A stretch of 64,000 nt of DNA from Lytechinus pictus (Eukaryota), in assembly GCF_037042905.1 (NCBI RefSeq), contig NC_087249.1, positions 7,318,001 to 7,382,000 of the forward strand. The letters run 5' to 3'. The position numbers were made by a program, and so were the translations under genes. The notes under the pieces were generated by a model that was given only the letters and a program-made list of their open reading frames with translations, did not search any database and was not told where the DNA came from. Shown in pieces: positions 12,990 to 26,525 of the stretch (position 1 is the stretch's first letter; each line of letters begins with the position of its first letter).

Positions 12990-15900
12990 GTTTATGCACT
13001 GGACAGACGCAAGATTTTTTACATTTTAATCTTAAACAACATTAGCCCCGTATATAAGAAAACACGACAATGCTTGACCCATTTACATCATATTTTCCAC
13101 TTGCTATTATTATGGGGAACGTTTTGACTGTTTTTTTTTTCAAGGTTGTTGTGGCTTCACCCTAACTGTAGAACTATACATCAATTTCTATGCAGGCTTT
13201 AAATAATTAATATGTACCTGCCCAGCATCTCTTTAAATGGAAGATTGTGGTAAAACACTTCACAGTGTTTTTTTCTATACTTTAATGCATTCTTTTACTA
13301 ATGAAGTGATATCATTTCTTAAAGATTGTGATAATGAAAGCTTTGTCTAAGAAATGCCACTTTTCCGACAAAAAATCAATGTTTCTTTACCCTGTTAACA
13401 AACAACAAACTATCAAATCCCGAATTACTGGTTTATTCAGAAATCATTTGTACGAAAGACACGCCCCCTCTTATAATGCTAGGTAATAGAAATATATATC
13501 AATGCCTAACATATAAGGGTATATTGGGCATTTTTACTACCTGTTTGTATATAATACTGAATTTTCGCTCTGTACAATTTCATGTTATTCAGCCTTTCGC
13601 TGCGAATTTGATTTCATTATAATAAATATAATTTATCCCTATCTATTGGATAGATACGTTCAAAATTATTATCTCTCATGTCTGAGCTTATAGAAAAGGT
13701 TTTCCTTGTAAACAAAGCATTATGATAGACAAAACACTATCATGTTTTAGCTTATCGATGAGGTGTGTTCTATGCTTTTATTTCCAATTACCTACATGAC
13801 CTATAGGCCCTATTATACCGCTCAGATTTACAATTTTGACATTAGAAGAACCTATAATAGTACACACTCTCCTCGTGTTTTTAACTTATTCTTTTCTAGT
13901 TAACACCTTGGTCACATTTGCTCTACAGCGGCCGTACGGCGAGTCGAAAACAGCCGTTTTATTAATTTCGATTCAAACCACTATATGTATAAATGTATAA
14001 CAAAATGTTAAAACGGCTGTTTTCGACTCGCCGTACGGCCGCCGTAGAGCAAATGTGACCAAGGTATAAGTGATTATGAAAACCAGAAAAAGCACAAAAA
14101 CACTGAAGGTGGTACAATGTTTATGCACTGGACTGATGCAAGATTTTTTACATTTTAATCTTAAACAACATTAGCCACGTATATAAGAAAACACGACAAT
14201 GCTTGACCCATTTACATCATATTTTCCACTTGCTATTATTATGGGGAACGTTTTGACTGTTTTTTTTATTCAAGGTTGTTGTGGCTTCACCCTAACTGTA
14301 GAACTATACATCAATTTCTATGCGGGCTTTAAATAATTAATATGTACCTGCCCAGCACCTCTTTAAATGGAAGATTGTGGTAAAACACTTCACAGTGTTT
14401 TTTTCTATACTTTAATGCATTCTTTTACTAATGAAGTGATATTATTTCTTAAAGATTGTGAAATGAAAGCTGTGTCTAAGAAATGACACTTTTCCGACAA
14501 AAAAATCATTGTTTCTTTACCCTGTTAACAAACTATAAAATCCCGAATTACTGTTTTATTCAGAAATCATTTGTACGAAAGACACGCCCCCTCTTATACT
14601 CTCTCTACATAATGCTAGGTAATAGAAATATATATCAATGCCTAACATATAGGGGTATATTGGGCATTTTTACTAACTGTTTGTATATAATACTGAATTT
14701 TCGCTCTGTACAAATTCATGTTATTCAGCCTTTCGCTGCGAATTTGATTTCATTATAATAAATATAATTTATCCCTATCTATTGGATAGATGCGTTCAAA
14801 ATTATTATCTCTCATGTCTGAGCTTATAGAAAAGGTTTTCCTTGTAAACAAAGCATTATGATAGACAAAACACTATCATGTTTTAGCTTATCGATGAGGT
14901 GTGTTCTATGCTTTTATTTCCAATTACCTACATGACCTATAGGCCCTATTATACCGCTCAGATTTACAATTTTGACATTAGAAGAACCTATAATAGTACA
15001 CACTCTCCTCGTGTTTTTAACTTATTCTTTTCTAGTTAACACCTTGGTCACATTTGCTCTACAGCGGCCGTACGGCGAGTCGAAAACAGCCGTTTTATTA
15101 ATTTCGATTCAAACCACTATATGTATAAATGTATAACAAAATGTTAAAACGGCTGTTTTCGACTCGCCGTACGGCCGCCGTAGAGCAAATGTGACCAAGG
15201 TATAAGTGATTATGAAATCCAGAAAAAGCACAAAAACACTGAAGGTGGTACAATGTTTATGCACTGGACAGATGCAAGATTTTTTACATTTTAATCTTAA
15301 ACAACATTAGCCACGTATATAAGAAAACACGACAATGTTTGACCCATTTACATCATATTTTCCACTTGCTATTATTATGGGGAACGTTTTGACTGTTTTT
15401 TTTATTCAAGGTTGTTGTGGCTTCACCCTAACTGTAGAACTATACATCAATTTCTATGCGGGCTTTAAATAATTAATATGTACCTGCCCAGCATCTCTTT
15501 AAATGGAAGATTGTGGTAAAACACTTCACAGTGTTTTTTTCTATACTTTAATGCATTCTTTTACTAATGAAGTGATATTATTTCTTAAAGATTGTGAAAT
15601 GAAAGCTGTGTCTAAGAAATGACACTTTTCCGACAAAAAATCATGGTTTCTTTACCCTGTTAACAAACTATAAAATCCCGAATTACTGTTTTATTCAGAA
15701 ATCATTTGTACGAAAGACACGCCCCCTCTTATACTCTCTCTACATAATGCTAGGTAATAGAAATATATATCAATGCCTAACATATAGGGGTATATTGGGC
15801 ATTTTTACTAACTGTTTGTATATAATACTGAATTTTCGCTCTGTACAAATTCATGTTATTCAGCCTTTCGCTGCGAATTTGATTTCATTATGATAAATAT

Positions 15901-16386
15901 AATTTATCCCTATATCTATTGGATAGATGCGTTCAAAATTATTATCTCTCATGTCTGAGCTTATAGAAAAGGTTTTCCTTGTAAAACAAAGCATTATGAT
16001 AGACAAAACACTATCATGTTTTAGCTTATCGATGAGGTGTGTTCTATGCTTTTATTTCCAATTACCTACATGACCTATAGGCCCTATTATACCGCTCAGA
16101 TTTACAATTTTGACATTAGAAAAACCTATAATAGTACACATACTCTCCTCGTGTTTTTAACTTATTCTTTTCTAGTTAACACCTTGGTCACATTTGCTCT
16201 ACAGCGGCCGTACGGCGAGTCGAAAACAGCCGTTTTATTAATTTCGATTCAAACCACTATATGTATAAATGTATAACAAAATGTTAAAACGGCTGTTTTC
16301 GACTCGCCGTACGACCGCCGTAGAGCGAATGTGACCAAGGTATAAGTGATTATGAAAACCAGAAAAAGCACAAAAACACTGAAGGT
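12990..16386. repeat. Three tandem copies of a ~1.13-kb unit
   Basis: Units start gtttatgcactggac at 12990, 14119 and 15255; near-identical with small indels. Confidence 0.95.
13904..14066. mobile_element. Hairpin MITE, Harbinger-like (repeated in each tandem unit; degenerate copy at ~25395-25512)
   Basis: taa|caccttggtcacatttgctctac ... gtagagcaaatgtgaccaaggta|taa with ~55-bp inverted arms. Confidence 0.7.
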
Positions 16387-16436
16387 TTTGATTACAACTA
16401 AACAAATAATACCCAAACTTTATCAAGTTATGCAGA

Positions 16437-19400
16437 CATGGGCGGAAATCCCAGGGGGGACAGGGGGGACGTGTCCCCCCTACCAAAAATAGTAGGGGGG
16501 ACACAATATCAAATGTCCCCCCTACTATTTTGGTCTTTTATGATGGAGAAAAATTCATCATTCACATTCGAAATAATACGTGTATTTTGGACTAAATGAC
16601 CTTACATTTTTGGCGAAAACCTTTGTTTTTTTTGCTTGTCAAATTTTCCAGAGTGAATAAAATAAGATGAGGGGAAAACTTGGAAAATAAAAAGAATCTT
16701 TCATGTCACTATATAAAATTTTCGCTCGCGCTTCGCGCTCGCATTGCCTGTTAGGTGATTTTTCAATATGGAGCTTAAATATCATGTTTGGAAGTCAATA
16801 TACATTATACATTTCACCTCTGAAATCAAACTTTCATTATTTTGTGTGATTTACAAACGGATTTTAAAAAAAGTGATCTGTAAAAGTTACAGCTTTTATG
16901 GTCTGAATATTGACATTTTCTACTCGCACTGAGCGCTCGCAAAATTCGATTTATTCAGTACCTATTATTTTTGTGTATTCCATTTAGTTTGAAAATATCC
17001 CTTTTCAAGTCTGATTGTCAAACGTAGCAGATAGTGCTACTCGTATTTTGATTGGCGATTTATGTATGTCTCAATATTGATTTTCATGACAGTTTATCAA
17101 AGATTTTGGCTGGCGATTTGCGCTCGCATTGATGGTTAAAATGTTTTAACTGATGCATTCTATTCCTAATTACAAAAGTGCTTGAAATTTCCAGTTTTCA
17201 GGCCATAATATCATCAGATTTCTCGCCCGCATTATGCATTAATAAATAAGATATCAATTTAATTATTAAATTGTCCCTTTTGTTTCATCTTGCGCTTAGT
17301 AAGAGGAATAGGAAGATAGTCATCATTTTCATATGACTTGTCCTAAGGATGTCCCGGTCCTATGTTAAAACTCAAATAATAATGAAAAATATCAGCTCTT
17401 TATTAAGTGTGATCCATATCCACCTCACAATTTTCCTACAAAGTGCTTGAAATATATAGCTGAAATTGACTCTTTTTTCAGATCAGAATATCAAATAGTT
17501 TAAGCTCGCGCTCGCTGATAGATGTGTAAAATGCCGAGATTCTAGGTCTAAATCTGAAACACGCTCATGTTTATTCAGATATTCATTTTGTTCTCTATTT
17601 AAATCATTATCCAGTTTCAGATCACAATATCAAAAATTTTCTGCTCGCGCTTTGTGCTCGCATTATTAATGTAGAAAGATCCCCTATTACTCATCCTTTT
17701 CATGATTTACAAAACATGAGTAGAGTGTCCCGTTTTTAGGTCTAAATCTCGAATTTTTCTGCTCAAGCTTCGCTTACATCAATTGTTTAGTTATATAGCT
17801 ACCCTGTTCACGATTACAAAAATTGATTAAAATTTTCGATTCTTTTTGAAAAAATGTCAAAAATTTTCAGCTCGCGATTCGCGCTAGCATTGATTGTTGA
17901 AATTTGTAACGTCTTCATGGCTAAGTGCAAGCAGTCCTTAACAAGTACCCTTTCAATCAATTCAAATTAAACGTATATGAACATTTTCTGGCTGCATTTT
18001 GTACTCGCTTTATTAATGTAAGGACCGAGTGTAAAAAAGACCCCAATTACTCATCCTTTTCATGATTTACAAAACATGAACAGAGTGTCTCGTTCTTAAG
18101 CCCCAGTCACATATAGACACGGATCCTCACGGATCAACACGGCAATGCCGGCATGATCCGGGGAGGTCCGGGATAGCTTTGCCCCGGATGACTGTAAACA
18201 CGGCATCAACACGGCAGCTTCACACGGATCTACACGGACCATGCCGGCAGAGCACGTCGTCAACACGGACCGACACGTCAGCAACACGGACCTACACGTC
18301 AGCTACACGGACCAACACGTCAGCAACACGGACCAACACGTCAGCAACACGGACCATCACGTCAGCTACATGGACCAACACGTCAGCAACACGGACCAAC
18401 ACGTCAGCTACAAGGACCAACACGGACCAACGCGTCAGCAACACGGACCATCACGTCAGCTACACGGACCAACACGTCAGCTACACGGACCAACACGTCA
18501 GCTCAAGGACCAACACGGCAGCTATATTGACCAGCACGGCAAATGAAAATCTGTTCATAATAATGAGCTGATATGTATTTATTTAATTTTTTATTTATTT
18601 ATTTATTTATTTTTTTATCATCCTTGTCGCAACATTATATTATGTTGTTTTTAAAAAATATATCAAAACTCAAAACTTCCTTAACCAGTAAAAACGCTGT
18701 TTTTTTTTATACAACACAGTTTACTGTTTTAAAAGTAGTTGTTAAGTACTTTAAATCTTGAACGACAAATTTAATTTCGATTTGATTTGATATCACTTTA
18801 TTGAAATCACAATAAAGGAAAGAAATTTACAAAGTCAATAGAAAACATAATACAAATTAAGATAGGCCCAGGTCATGACGCATAACTGTCGATGCAGGGC
18901 AGTAGTATAACACTTAATGTACAATTTCGATGTAACAGGTACATTACATAAATTATATACATATAACATATTTAAAAAAAATGAAATGTGAAATAATAAT
19001 AACAGACAAAGTTGGGGTAAATATTAGAAAAAAAAATATTCATACATGCACTAAGTTTACAAATATTAGGTTGGGGCCAATATCCAAAGCGTAAGAAAAT
19101 ATCATGAATCATTTAATCATCCATTTAATCATAAATAAATTGAGCATGTTTGTGTCAACTGTTTAACAACTACTGAAAAGTTCATAAAGTAAATAGCGTT
19201 GTAAAGATTTGATGGGAAAAAAGAACACGGACTGCCAAGGATACTCCAGGCAGCCACACGGACTTACACGGCAGCTACACGGACCTACACGGCAGCCACA
19301 CGGACCTACACGGCAGCTACACGGACCATCCCGGATGGCTTTGCCAACCCGGCAGTCCACGGATGACGCCGGATGTTTTTGACAGTCAAAAACTGCCGTG

Positions 19401-20160
19401 TTGGCCTCCCGGACGTTCAAGGACCAACACGGACCACCCCGGACCTCCAAGGATGCCCAAGGCGCCAACACGGATCTCTCCCCGGACCACCCCGGATCAG
19501 ATCCGGGATGGTCCGGGGTGGTCCGGGGTCTATATGTGACTGGGGCTTTAGGTCTAAATCTCAAAACCTTCCGCTCGTGCTTCGCGTTCGCATCAATTGT
19601 TTAGTTATATACCTATTATATGTTTAAGTTACAAAAAGTGCTTAGAATTTCCAGTCTTTAGGTAAAAATTTCAAAAAATTTCAGCTCGCGCTTCGCGCTC
19701 GCATTATTTGATTGTTGAAATATGTAACGTCTTCATGGCTAATTGCAAGCAGTCTTTAACAGGTACCTTTTCCATCAGTTAACCTCTGCTCGCACTTCGC
19801 GGTCGTAGTAAATATTTAGTTGTATATACATCTTTTTCAGGATAACAAACATTGCCCAGAATGTTCAAATTTTAGGGAAAAAATACATAAATTTTCCAAA
19901 AAAAATTTGCTCGCGCTTCGCGCTCGCATTATATGAATAAGGACAATGATATCATATATTTATATTGATTTATAAGGATAAAGCTTAAAAGTGACCATGA
20001 GGACTACTCCTTCAATGAAACAGACAAAAATTACCTTCGAGCTGCCGATCGGGGATTAACATATGACTGAAAATGTTTTCGCCCCCCCCCCCCTATTGGC
20101 GAAGGCTGGATCAGCCCCTGTTGTGTCCCCCCTACCTTTCGGGACAGATTTCCGCCCATG
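16437..20160. mobile_element. hAT-type non-autonomous element
   Basis: TIR catgggcggaaatc / gatttccgcccatg; 8-bp TSD tatgcaga (16429-16436, 20161-20168); internal dispersed ctcgcgcttcgcgctcgcatt repeats. Confidence 0.85.
18099..19547. mobile_element. PIF/Harbinger-type MITE nested in the hAT element
   Basis: TIR agccccagtcacatatagac / gtctatatgtgactggggct; TTA TSD, supported by the empty-site paralog cgtttttaggtctaaatc at ~17731; subterminal 21-bp (acacggaccaacacgtcagca)n arrays. Confidence 0.85.
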
Positions 20161-20682
20161 TATGCAGATCTCTTTTCTGAGCTTTATTTTAAACAGTTTA
20201 TAAAGTGCCAGGGGCAATATTGTAACATGGTGTTACATCTGCCCCCGAGGAGGGTGGCCACATTTGGAAAGATTTTATTTTTCTGTCTTAGTATGGGTAT
20301 TCGTCGTTGAAATGTTAGTCAAATACAGGATTAAGAAGATACTTTCTAAACATATAAATATGACAGCTATAATAGCTCAATTACATATTTGTCCAGAAGA
20401 AAAACATTATGTAATGTGAGATATTACTTTCCTACTTTGCTGATAAAAGTTCCACGAAACTTTATATTTGCTTGTACTCAAACAACACGTGGAACGATGA
20501 AATGCGCATGCTCTGTATAGAAAGCTTATCCTTGTAGCTTGTTTCTGCTCGAAACATCAGCAATGGAAGCCATTGTTACATGCATAGGCCCCGTGTGACT
20601 ATTGTCCCCCGCCTCCCCTCGTCTGACGCCGGAAAGAAAATGTCATTATTTATTATTATTATTATTTTGATTTGACGTCGTG

Positions 20683-21170
20683 CTTGGTGTTAGGTGGTAG
20701 CTGGCACATAGCGCACTGTTTGAACAATAATACAGGTCACTGCATCAATGCTATTTTCAGGCAAATGAAACTGATATGATAATCGTTAAGCGACAAGCAC
20801 CAATTACGAGAAATACACGCGTGTATATCATGTATATAGGCCGGACGAGATTTTTTCTTGGTGTTAGGTGGTAGCTGGTACACAGCGCACTGTTTGAACA
20901 ATAATTAAAATCAATGCTATTTTCAGGCAAATGAAACTGATATGATAATCGTTAAGCGACAAGCACCAATTATGAGGAATACACGCGTGTGAATAGGCCG
21001 GATGAGATTTTTCTTGGTGTTAGGTGGTAGCTGGTACACAGCGCACTGTTTGAACAATAATTAAAATCAATGCTATTTTCAAGCAAATGAAACTGATATG
21101 ATAATCGTTAAGCGACAAGCAATAATTATGAGGAATACACGCGTGTATATAGGCCGGACGAGATTTTTCT
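20683..21170. repeat. Three tandem ~157-173-bp units
   Basis: cttggtgttaggtggtagctgg at 20683, 20856 and 21013. Confidence 0.85.
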
Positions 21171-22117
21171 TCCCGCCCCCCCCCCCACGACCTTTCTTTG
21201 GCCTTTTTATCTTTGGGTACCACAGATCGGGCGTTCCGGGGTCTTTGAACGAGGTTACAAGACTTTGACTTGAAGGTTATTCTGTTCAAAGCCTCGTCTC
21301 CATTTTGTTTTATATAAAAGGAGATTTTTATTCATTATAAAATTCTTGCCTATTTTGGGATTCGAACCCTCAACCTCGTCAATGTAAGGGCAATATTCTA
21401 ATTTCATTTTATTTGCTTTCTTTTCGCCACCCCATTATTTGTGGTATGATTCCAACAGTCTGCTGCAATATACAGTGCATGTATCCCTTCCTCCTCATTT
21501 CTCCTCTTTTTAGTCGAACCATACCTCCAGAACATTTATACCAAATTAATTTTTGCCATTACACTTTTCCTGTAATTTGATATGCTTGCCATATAACCTA
21601 AATAATTACATGTACTTTGTATATGTTATTCTATGATGTGCATCAAACAATTGTGTTTCTTGTATTGCAATTTGATTCAATATGTCAGTTAGCATTCATT
21701 ATATGATTAAATCTTACTTTTTCAATTAATATTTCAGAATAATGCTCAACAGTAGTACAGGCTGTATGATCTGTTATATCAATTTGGTACAGTTGATTTT
21801 TTTGTTTAAATCTTTCTTTAGCAAAACTGTTGAGGGCACATAAAAATCTAAGAATATTAATATCATTACAATTTTATTTAATTACTACGCAGTTCTTAAT
21901 TTCTCTTCTTTTTTCATCAAAGGAGGCGAGTTTCCTGTAATTTTATCATTTGTTGTATCTATGATTGTTATGTGTTAGGTGATGGAGCCTGGCGAGTACA
22001 CATGTCATTAATAGGAATGTGGAGGCATGCTCTTGCTGTTGTCTAGGGCATGCTTCCTTATTTCATTGTTGCTTTTCGGGCTCTAGTACCTCACACAAAT
22101 TTAAGTTATTTTAGTGC

Positions 22118-22588
22118 GCATACATTCGTAATTCCGAAGCTTCGTTATTCCGAAGGTTCGGATATTCCGAAGGTTCGTTATTCCGAAGGTTCGTATTTCC
22201 GAAGGTTCGTAATTCCGAAGGTTCGTTAGTCCGAAAACGAAATGAGGTTCGTAATTCCGAAGGTTCGTTAGTCCGAAAACGAAGTGAGGTTCGTAATTCC
22301 GAAGGTTCGTTAATCCGAAAACGAAGTGAGGTTCGTAATTCCGAAGGTTCGTTAGTCCGAAAACTAATGATTAACGAACCTTATTTCGTTTCGGACTAAC
22401 GAACCTTCGGAACAACGAACCTTATTTCGTTTTCGGATTATCGAACCTTCGGAATAACGCCACAAATGTTCGGATTAACGAACCCTTTTACGTTTTCGGA
22501 TTAACGAACATCGAGGTATAGGCAATTTACGTGTTTCGGAATTACGAACCGTCGGAATTATGAACCTTCGGAATTACGAAGTGTAACC
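22118..22588. mobile_element. MULE-like foldback MITE built from (attccgaaggttcgt)n
   Basis: 15-bp repeats inverted between the two halves; 10-bp TSD attttagtgc (22108-22117, 22589-22598). Confidence 0.75.
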
Positions 22589-22631
22589 ATTTTAGTGCTA
22601 TGTTATATTAAGCATTACACACACTCTTTAA

Positions 22632-23235
22632 AGGTCAAGTCCACCCCAACAAAAAGTTTATTTGAAAAAAAGGAGAAAAATCCAACAAGCAAATCACTGA
22701 AAACTTCATCAAAATCGGATGTAAAATAAGAAAGTTATGACATTTCATAGTTTCGCTTAATTTCACAAAACAGTTATATGTACATCCTGGTCGTTATGCA
22801 AATTGGCAGACTGATGACGTCACCCACTCACTATTTCTTTTGTATTTTATTATATGAAATATGAAATATTCTTATTTTCTCCTCCTTGTCAAATGAAACA
22901 AAATTGCATTTCTCCCTGAACATGTAGAATTACCATTATTTTAACAGTTTATGGTTAAGTTAAGTTGGTCCTTATTGTCATATCTGTAAAAATTGAAATA
23001 TTGTATAATTCAAACAATAAAAAACAAAAGAAATAGTGAGTGATGGACATCTTCGACTCTCTCATTTGCATATTGCTGAGTTGTGCATTTAACTGTTTTG
23101 TGAAATATAAGCGAAACTTAAAAATGTCATAGCTTTCTTATTTTACATCCGATTTCGATGAAATTTGCAGCATTATGTTTGTTTGATTTTACTCTATCGA
23201 TTCAAATCAACAATTTTCTGGGGTGGACTTGACCT
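22632..23235. mobile_element. Kolobok-type MITE
   Basis: TTAA|aggtcaagtccacccc ... ggggtggacttgacct|TTAA; long imperfect inverted arms. Confidence 0.8.
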
Positions 23236-23819
23236 TTAATCAGTCCGGCATGGGTATTCAAATTTTTCCCAATACCCCTCTTTATTTCTTTTATCTTGCC
23301 TGGCGTTACATACTTTTTTTAATAATGTTGATTGAATGTGTTTTATTTGAATTTTAATAATGTGTAAATTTATAAATTGGAATGAGCAATATTCTCTCGA
23401 TGGTTTTTTCCACAAGGGCTCGCATGCCTCTGGACAATAGTACTGAATTTTACTTTTGCGAGCCCTGGCCCATGGAAAACCCGTTTTCTTACTCTTTTCT
23501 TCTTTTCTTTCATTTCTACTTTATCCATATTCAATTATCCAATTTTTAATTTTTTTTGGGTAATTACATTGTACAATTTATAATGTTTTTTATGGCCAAA
23601 TAAATAAATAAATAATAATAATAGAGTTGCCAATCGTCGCCAAAGTACTTTAAAGCTTGATGATGTAATGGATATTCATAATGAATGTGTAGTCTTTGGT
23701 TAAATAAACCCTATTCTGGAGCCGGGAAAAAAAATGTCGTAGGAAAATATAAATTTTTTTAATTTAGGGGTGTTACCATGGTTACTGTGACAATCGATAT
23801 CCTGCATATATTACTGTAC

Positions 23820-23930
23820 CTGTACACTATAGCTGATGTTGTAGTTTTGGTAGTAGATATTGTCTTCAATACCTTCATAGATGTCCTCCTTGCATTCTCC
23901 GTACGGTTCCGGCAACCTCTCTATCTCAAG
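23820..23930 (-). CDS. DEG/ENaC paralog 1, coding exon 7 (LEIERLPEPYGECKED...YSVQ)
   Basis: tttcag acceptor, gtacag donor, phase 0/0; RLPxPYGxC motif. Not in the ORF track. Confidence 0.9.
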
Positions 23931-24129
23931 CTGAAATTAGAGGTGGAAAATAGGGGATTATATTCTTCTTATCATTGTCCCTTCCATGATACGTTTGTCA
24001 TTCCGAAGAAAGGTTCAAATTACCTTTTTAAACGATGAATTCATTTTGGAAAAACATTTGTATCCCCTGCTGAAAGCAGTAAAGTAGTAATAGCAGTAGA
24101 AGAATCAACAGCAGAATTAATAATAGTAG

Positions 24130-24251
24130 ATGTAGTGTAGTAGTAATAGTGGTGGTGGTAGTATTAGTAGAAGTAGTAGTAGTAGTAGCAACATATAGTA
24201 GTTGTAGTAGTAGTAGTAGTAGTAGTAGTGAGTAGTAGTAGTGAGTAGTAT

Positions 24252-24335
<84 letters not shown>
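24130..24335. repeat. (AGT)n microsatellite
   Basis: Directly visible; ends ~10 nt from the exon 6 donor. Confidence 0.95.
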
Positions 24336-24337
<2 letters not shown>

Positions 24338-24345
24338 TGCCTTAC

Positions 24346-24509
24346 CACATGGACTCCAATAGCAGTGATGAGACCTGGAGACACAAATATACCATCGTCA
24401 GAAGGGAAAGGCATGTTGGATGGATGATGGACGATCACACGAAAGCCAGCAACATCGGTTAAATCTTCCATATATTCATCTTGTTGAACAAAGAGCTCCA
24501 TAGAAAGAC
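24346..24509 (-). CDS. DEG/ENaC paralog 1, coding exon 6 (GLSMELFVQQDEY...AGFRVIVHHPSNMPFP...VSPG)
   Basis: GL.M.L...Q.EY and G.RV.VH....PFP motifs; cag acceptor, gtaagg donor; phase 1/0. Confidence 0.93.
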
Positions 24510-24555
24510 CTGGTCAAAAGTAATTATGACTGTTTTAATTAATAGTTCTGCAGGT

Positions 24556-24727
24556 GGGTGTTTCATAAAGCTGTTCGTAAGTTAAGAGCGAATTTAAGAA
24601 CGACTGGTGATCCTTTCTTGTGGTAAACGATATATTAATTGGCGATGGTTAAGCGCGTAAGAAAGGATCACCAGTCGTTCTTAAAGTCGCTCTTTACTTA
24701 TACGAACAGCTTTATGAAACGGCCCCC
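24556..24727. mobile_element. Hairpin MITE
   Basis: gtttcataaagctgttcgta...aagaacgactggtgatcctttctt inverted against aagaaaggatcaccagtcgttctt...tacgaacagctttatgaaac. Confidence 0.7.
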
Positions 24728-25698
24728 TAGGAATTATAGATCAGGCTTCTTTGCCATGTTTGAATATTTCTACCTGAAATAGAAAGCAGATGGAAAGTGC
24801 TTGACGAGACGTAATAATTTTTTTTCAAAGGGATCTGTTCTCCAATCGCGAACATAATAACTCCTGAATCCCGTCTTACAAAGAGTTGCGATTAATAAGA
24901 TATATCACAACTATGGACGGCCAGCAACGTCAACATTTAAAATGCAAATTTGTCCAAAATATTTTCTAGATATGTTGTGTATTCATATTTCTATTCAATT
25001 TCTTGTAAATTTAGTGTGCTTTTCTTTGCTTGCAAAGAACATTGTGCAAATTTCCTGAAAAAAAATTAGGGCATTGATATAGTTGAGTTGATCGGATCAA
25101 TCGTAACTATTTGTAAGCTGGGGGCCTGAAATCTACACTCTAAAACACAAAAGATGAAAAGGGTGAAAAAGGGCCGAGGTGTGACAGCGTTTTCCACCCT
25201 CATTAAAAAATGCTGTCACCCTCGACCCTTATAAGGGGAGATTTACCCCCTTACCCCCTTTCATTTTTTTTAAGTTTAAGAAGAATAGGCCTACTTAACA
25301 AAAATATTCATATTAGCATCGGTCACGTAACGCAGGCTCGAAAGTTTCCTAATATTTGTGCACCATACTAACACTATAACTTTAACCGCAATGATGCTAC
25401 AGTCTCATTTCGAGTCGAAAACAGCCGTTTTATTTACTTTTATTCAAATCACCTATAAAAATGTTAAAACGGCTGTTTTCCACTCGCCGTAGAGCAAATG
25501 TGACTGAGGTATAAGTACGAAATTAAAGGTTCGAAGAGTAATTCAAAAGTTGTCTTTTGAGGCCAATCAGTCTAATAGTAACTCTACTAGTAGACTAAAA
25601 ATGTCTCTAGTTTTTCATTTCCGTGGGGCGCCTCCTGCAACGACACTGTAACTATAGTGAGTATGAACGAGTATGAGAAAGGTAACATGCTAACATAC

Positions 25699-25802
25699 CG
25701 TAGCTTGGCCCGGGTCTCTTGGTGGTCAATGTGTTCCCATCTTGTCCCGAATTGAAAATGTAACAATTTCCATATTGTGGATCGTATATGCTGGTGAAAT
25801 TC
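25699..25802 (-). CDS. DEG/ENaC paralog 1, coding exon 5 (NFTSIYDPQYGNCYIFNSG...PGPSYG)
   Basis: YGNCYxFN family signature; ctacag acceptor, gtatgt donor; phase 2/1. Confidence 0.95.
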
Positions 25803-26009
25803 CTGTAGAAAATAAAACGGTAATCAAAATTTATTTTTCCAGACGTTGTTAACAATTAACAGTACAACTGAGTCAATCGGCAGCAAAAACTATTCAAACG
25901 AACACAAGAAACATCCAGGATTGGACACAAACTCTCTTCAATTGATAAGAATCAATTTTCAGATCACATAAACAAAAAAAAATCGTTTCAAAATGAAAAA
26001 AATGAACTA

Positions 26010-26525
<516 letters not shown>

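Larger units (their letters stand above)
12344..20618. mobile_element. Non-autonomous DNA transposon with GGGGAG termini (possibly pogo/Tc1-like), inflated by nested insertions
   Basis: ggggagactggggacaattgtaaca vs tgtgactattgtcccccgcctcccc; subterminal ggggcaat..tgtaaca motifs near both ends; left flank TA, right flank TC. Confidence 0.6.

Noticed and set aside
18179..18571. Repetitive ORFs (SATRTNT / DQHVSNT)
   Set aside because: 21-bp subterminal repeats of a Harbinger-like MITE; open frames arise from the repeat period.
22118..22588. CRISPR-like regular short repeats
   Set aside because: No unique spacers; inverted arrangement with a TSD indicates a MITE; eukaryotic context with no cas genes.
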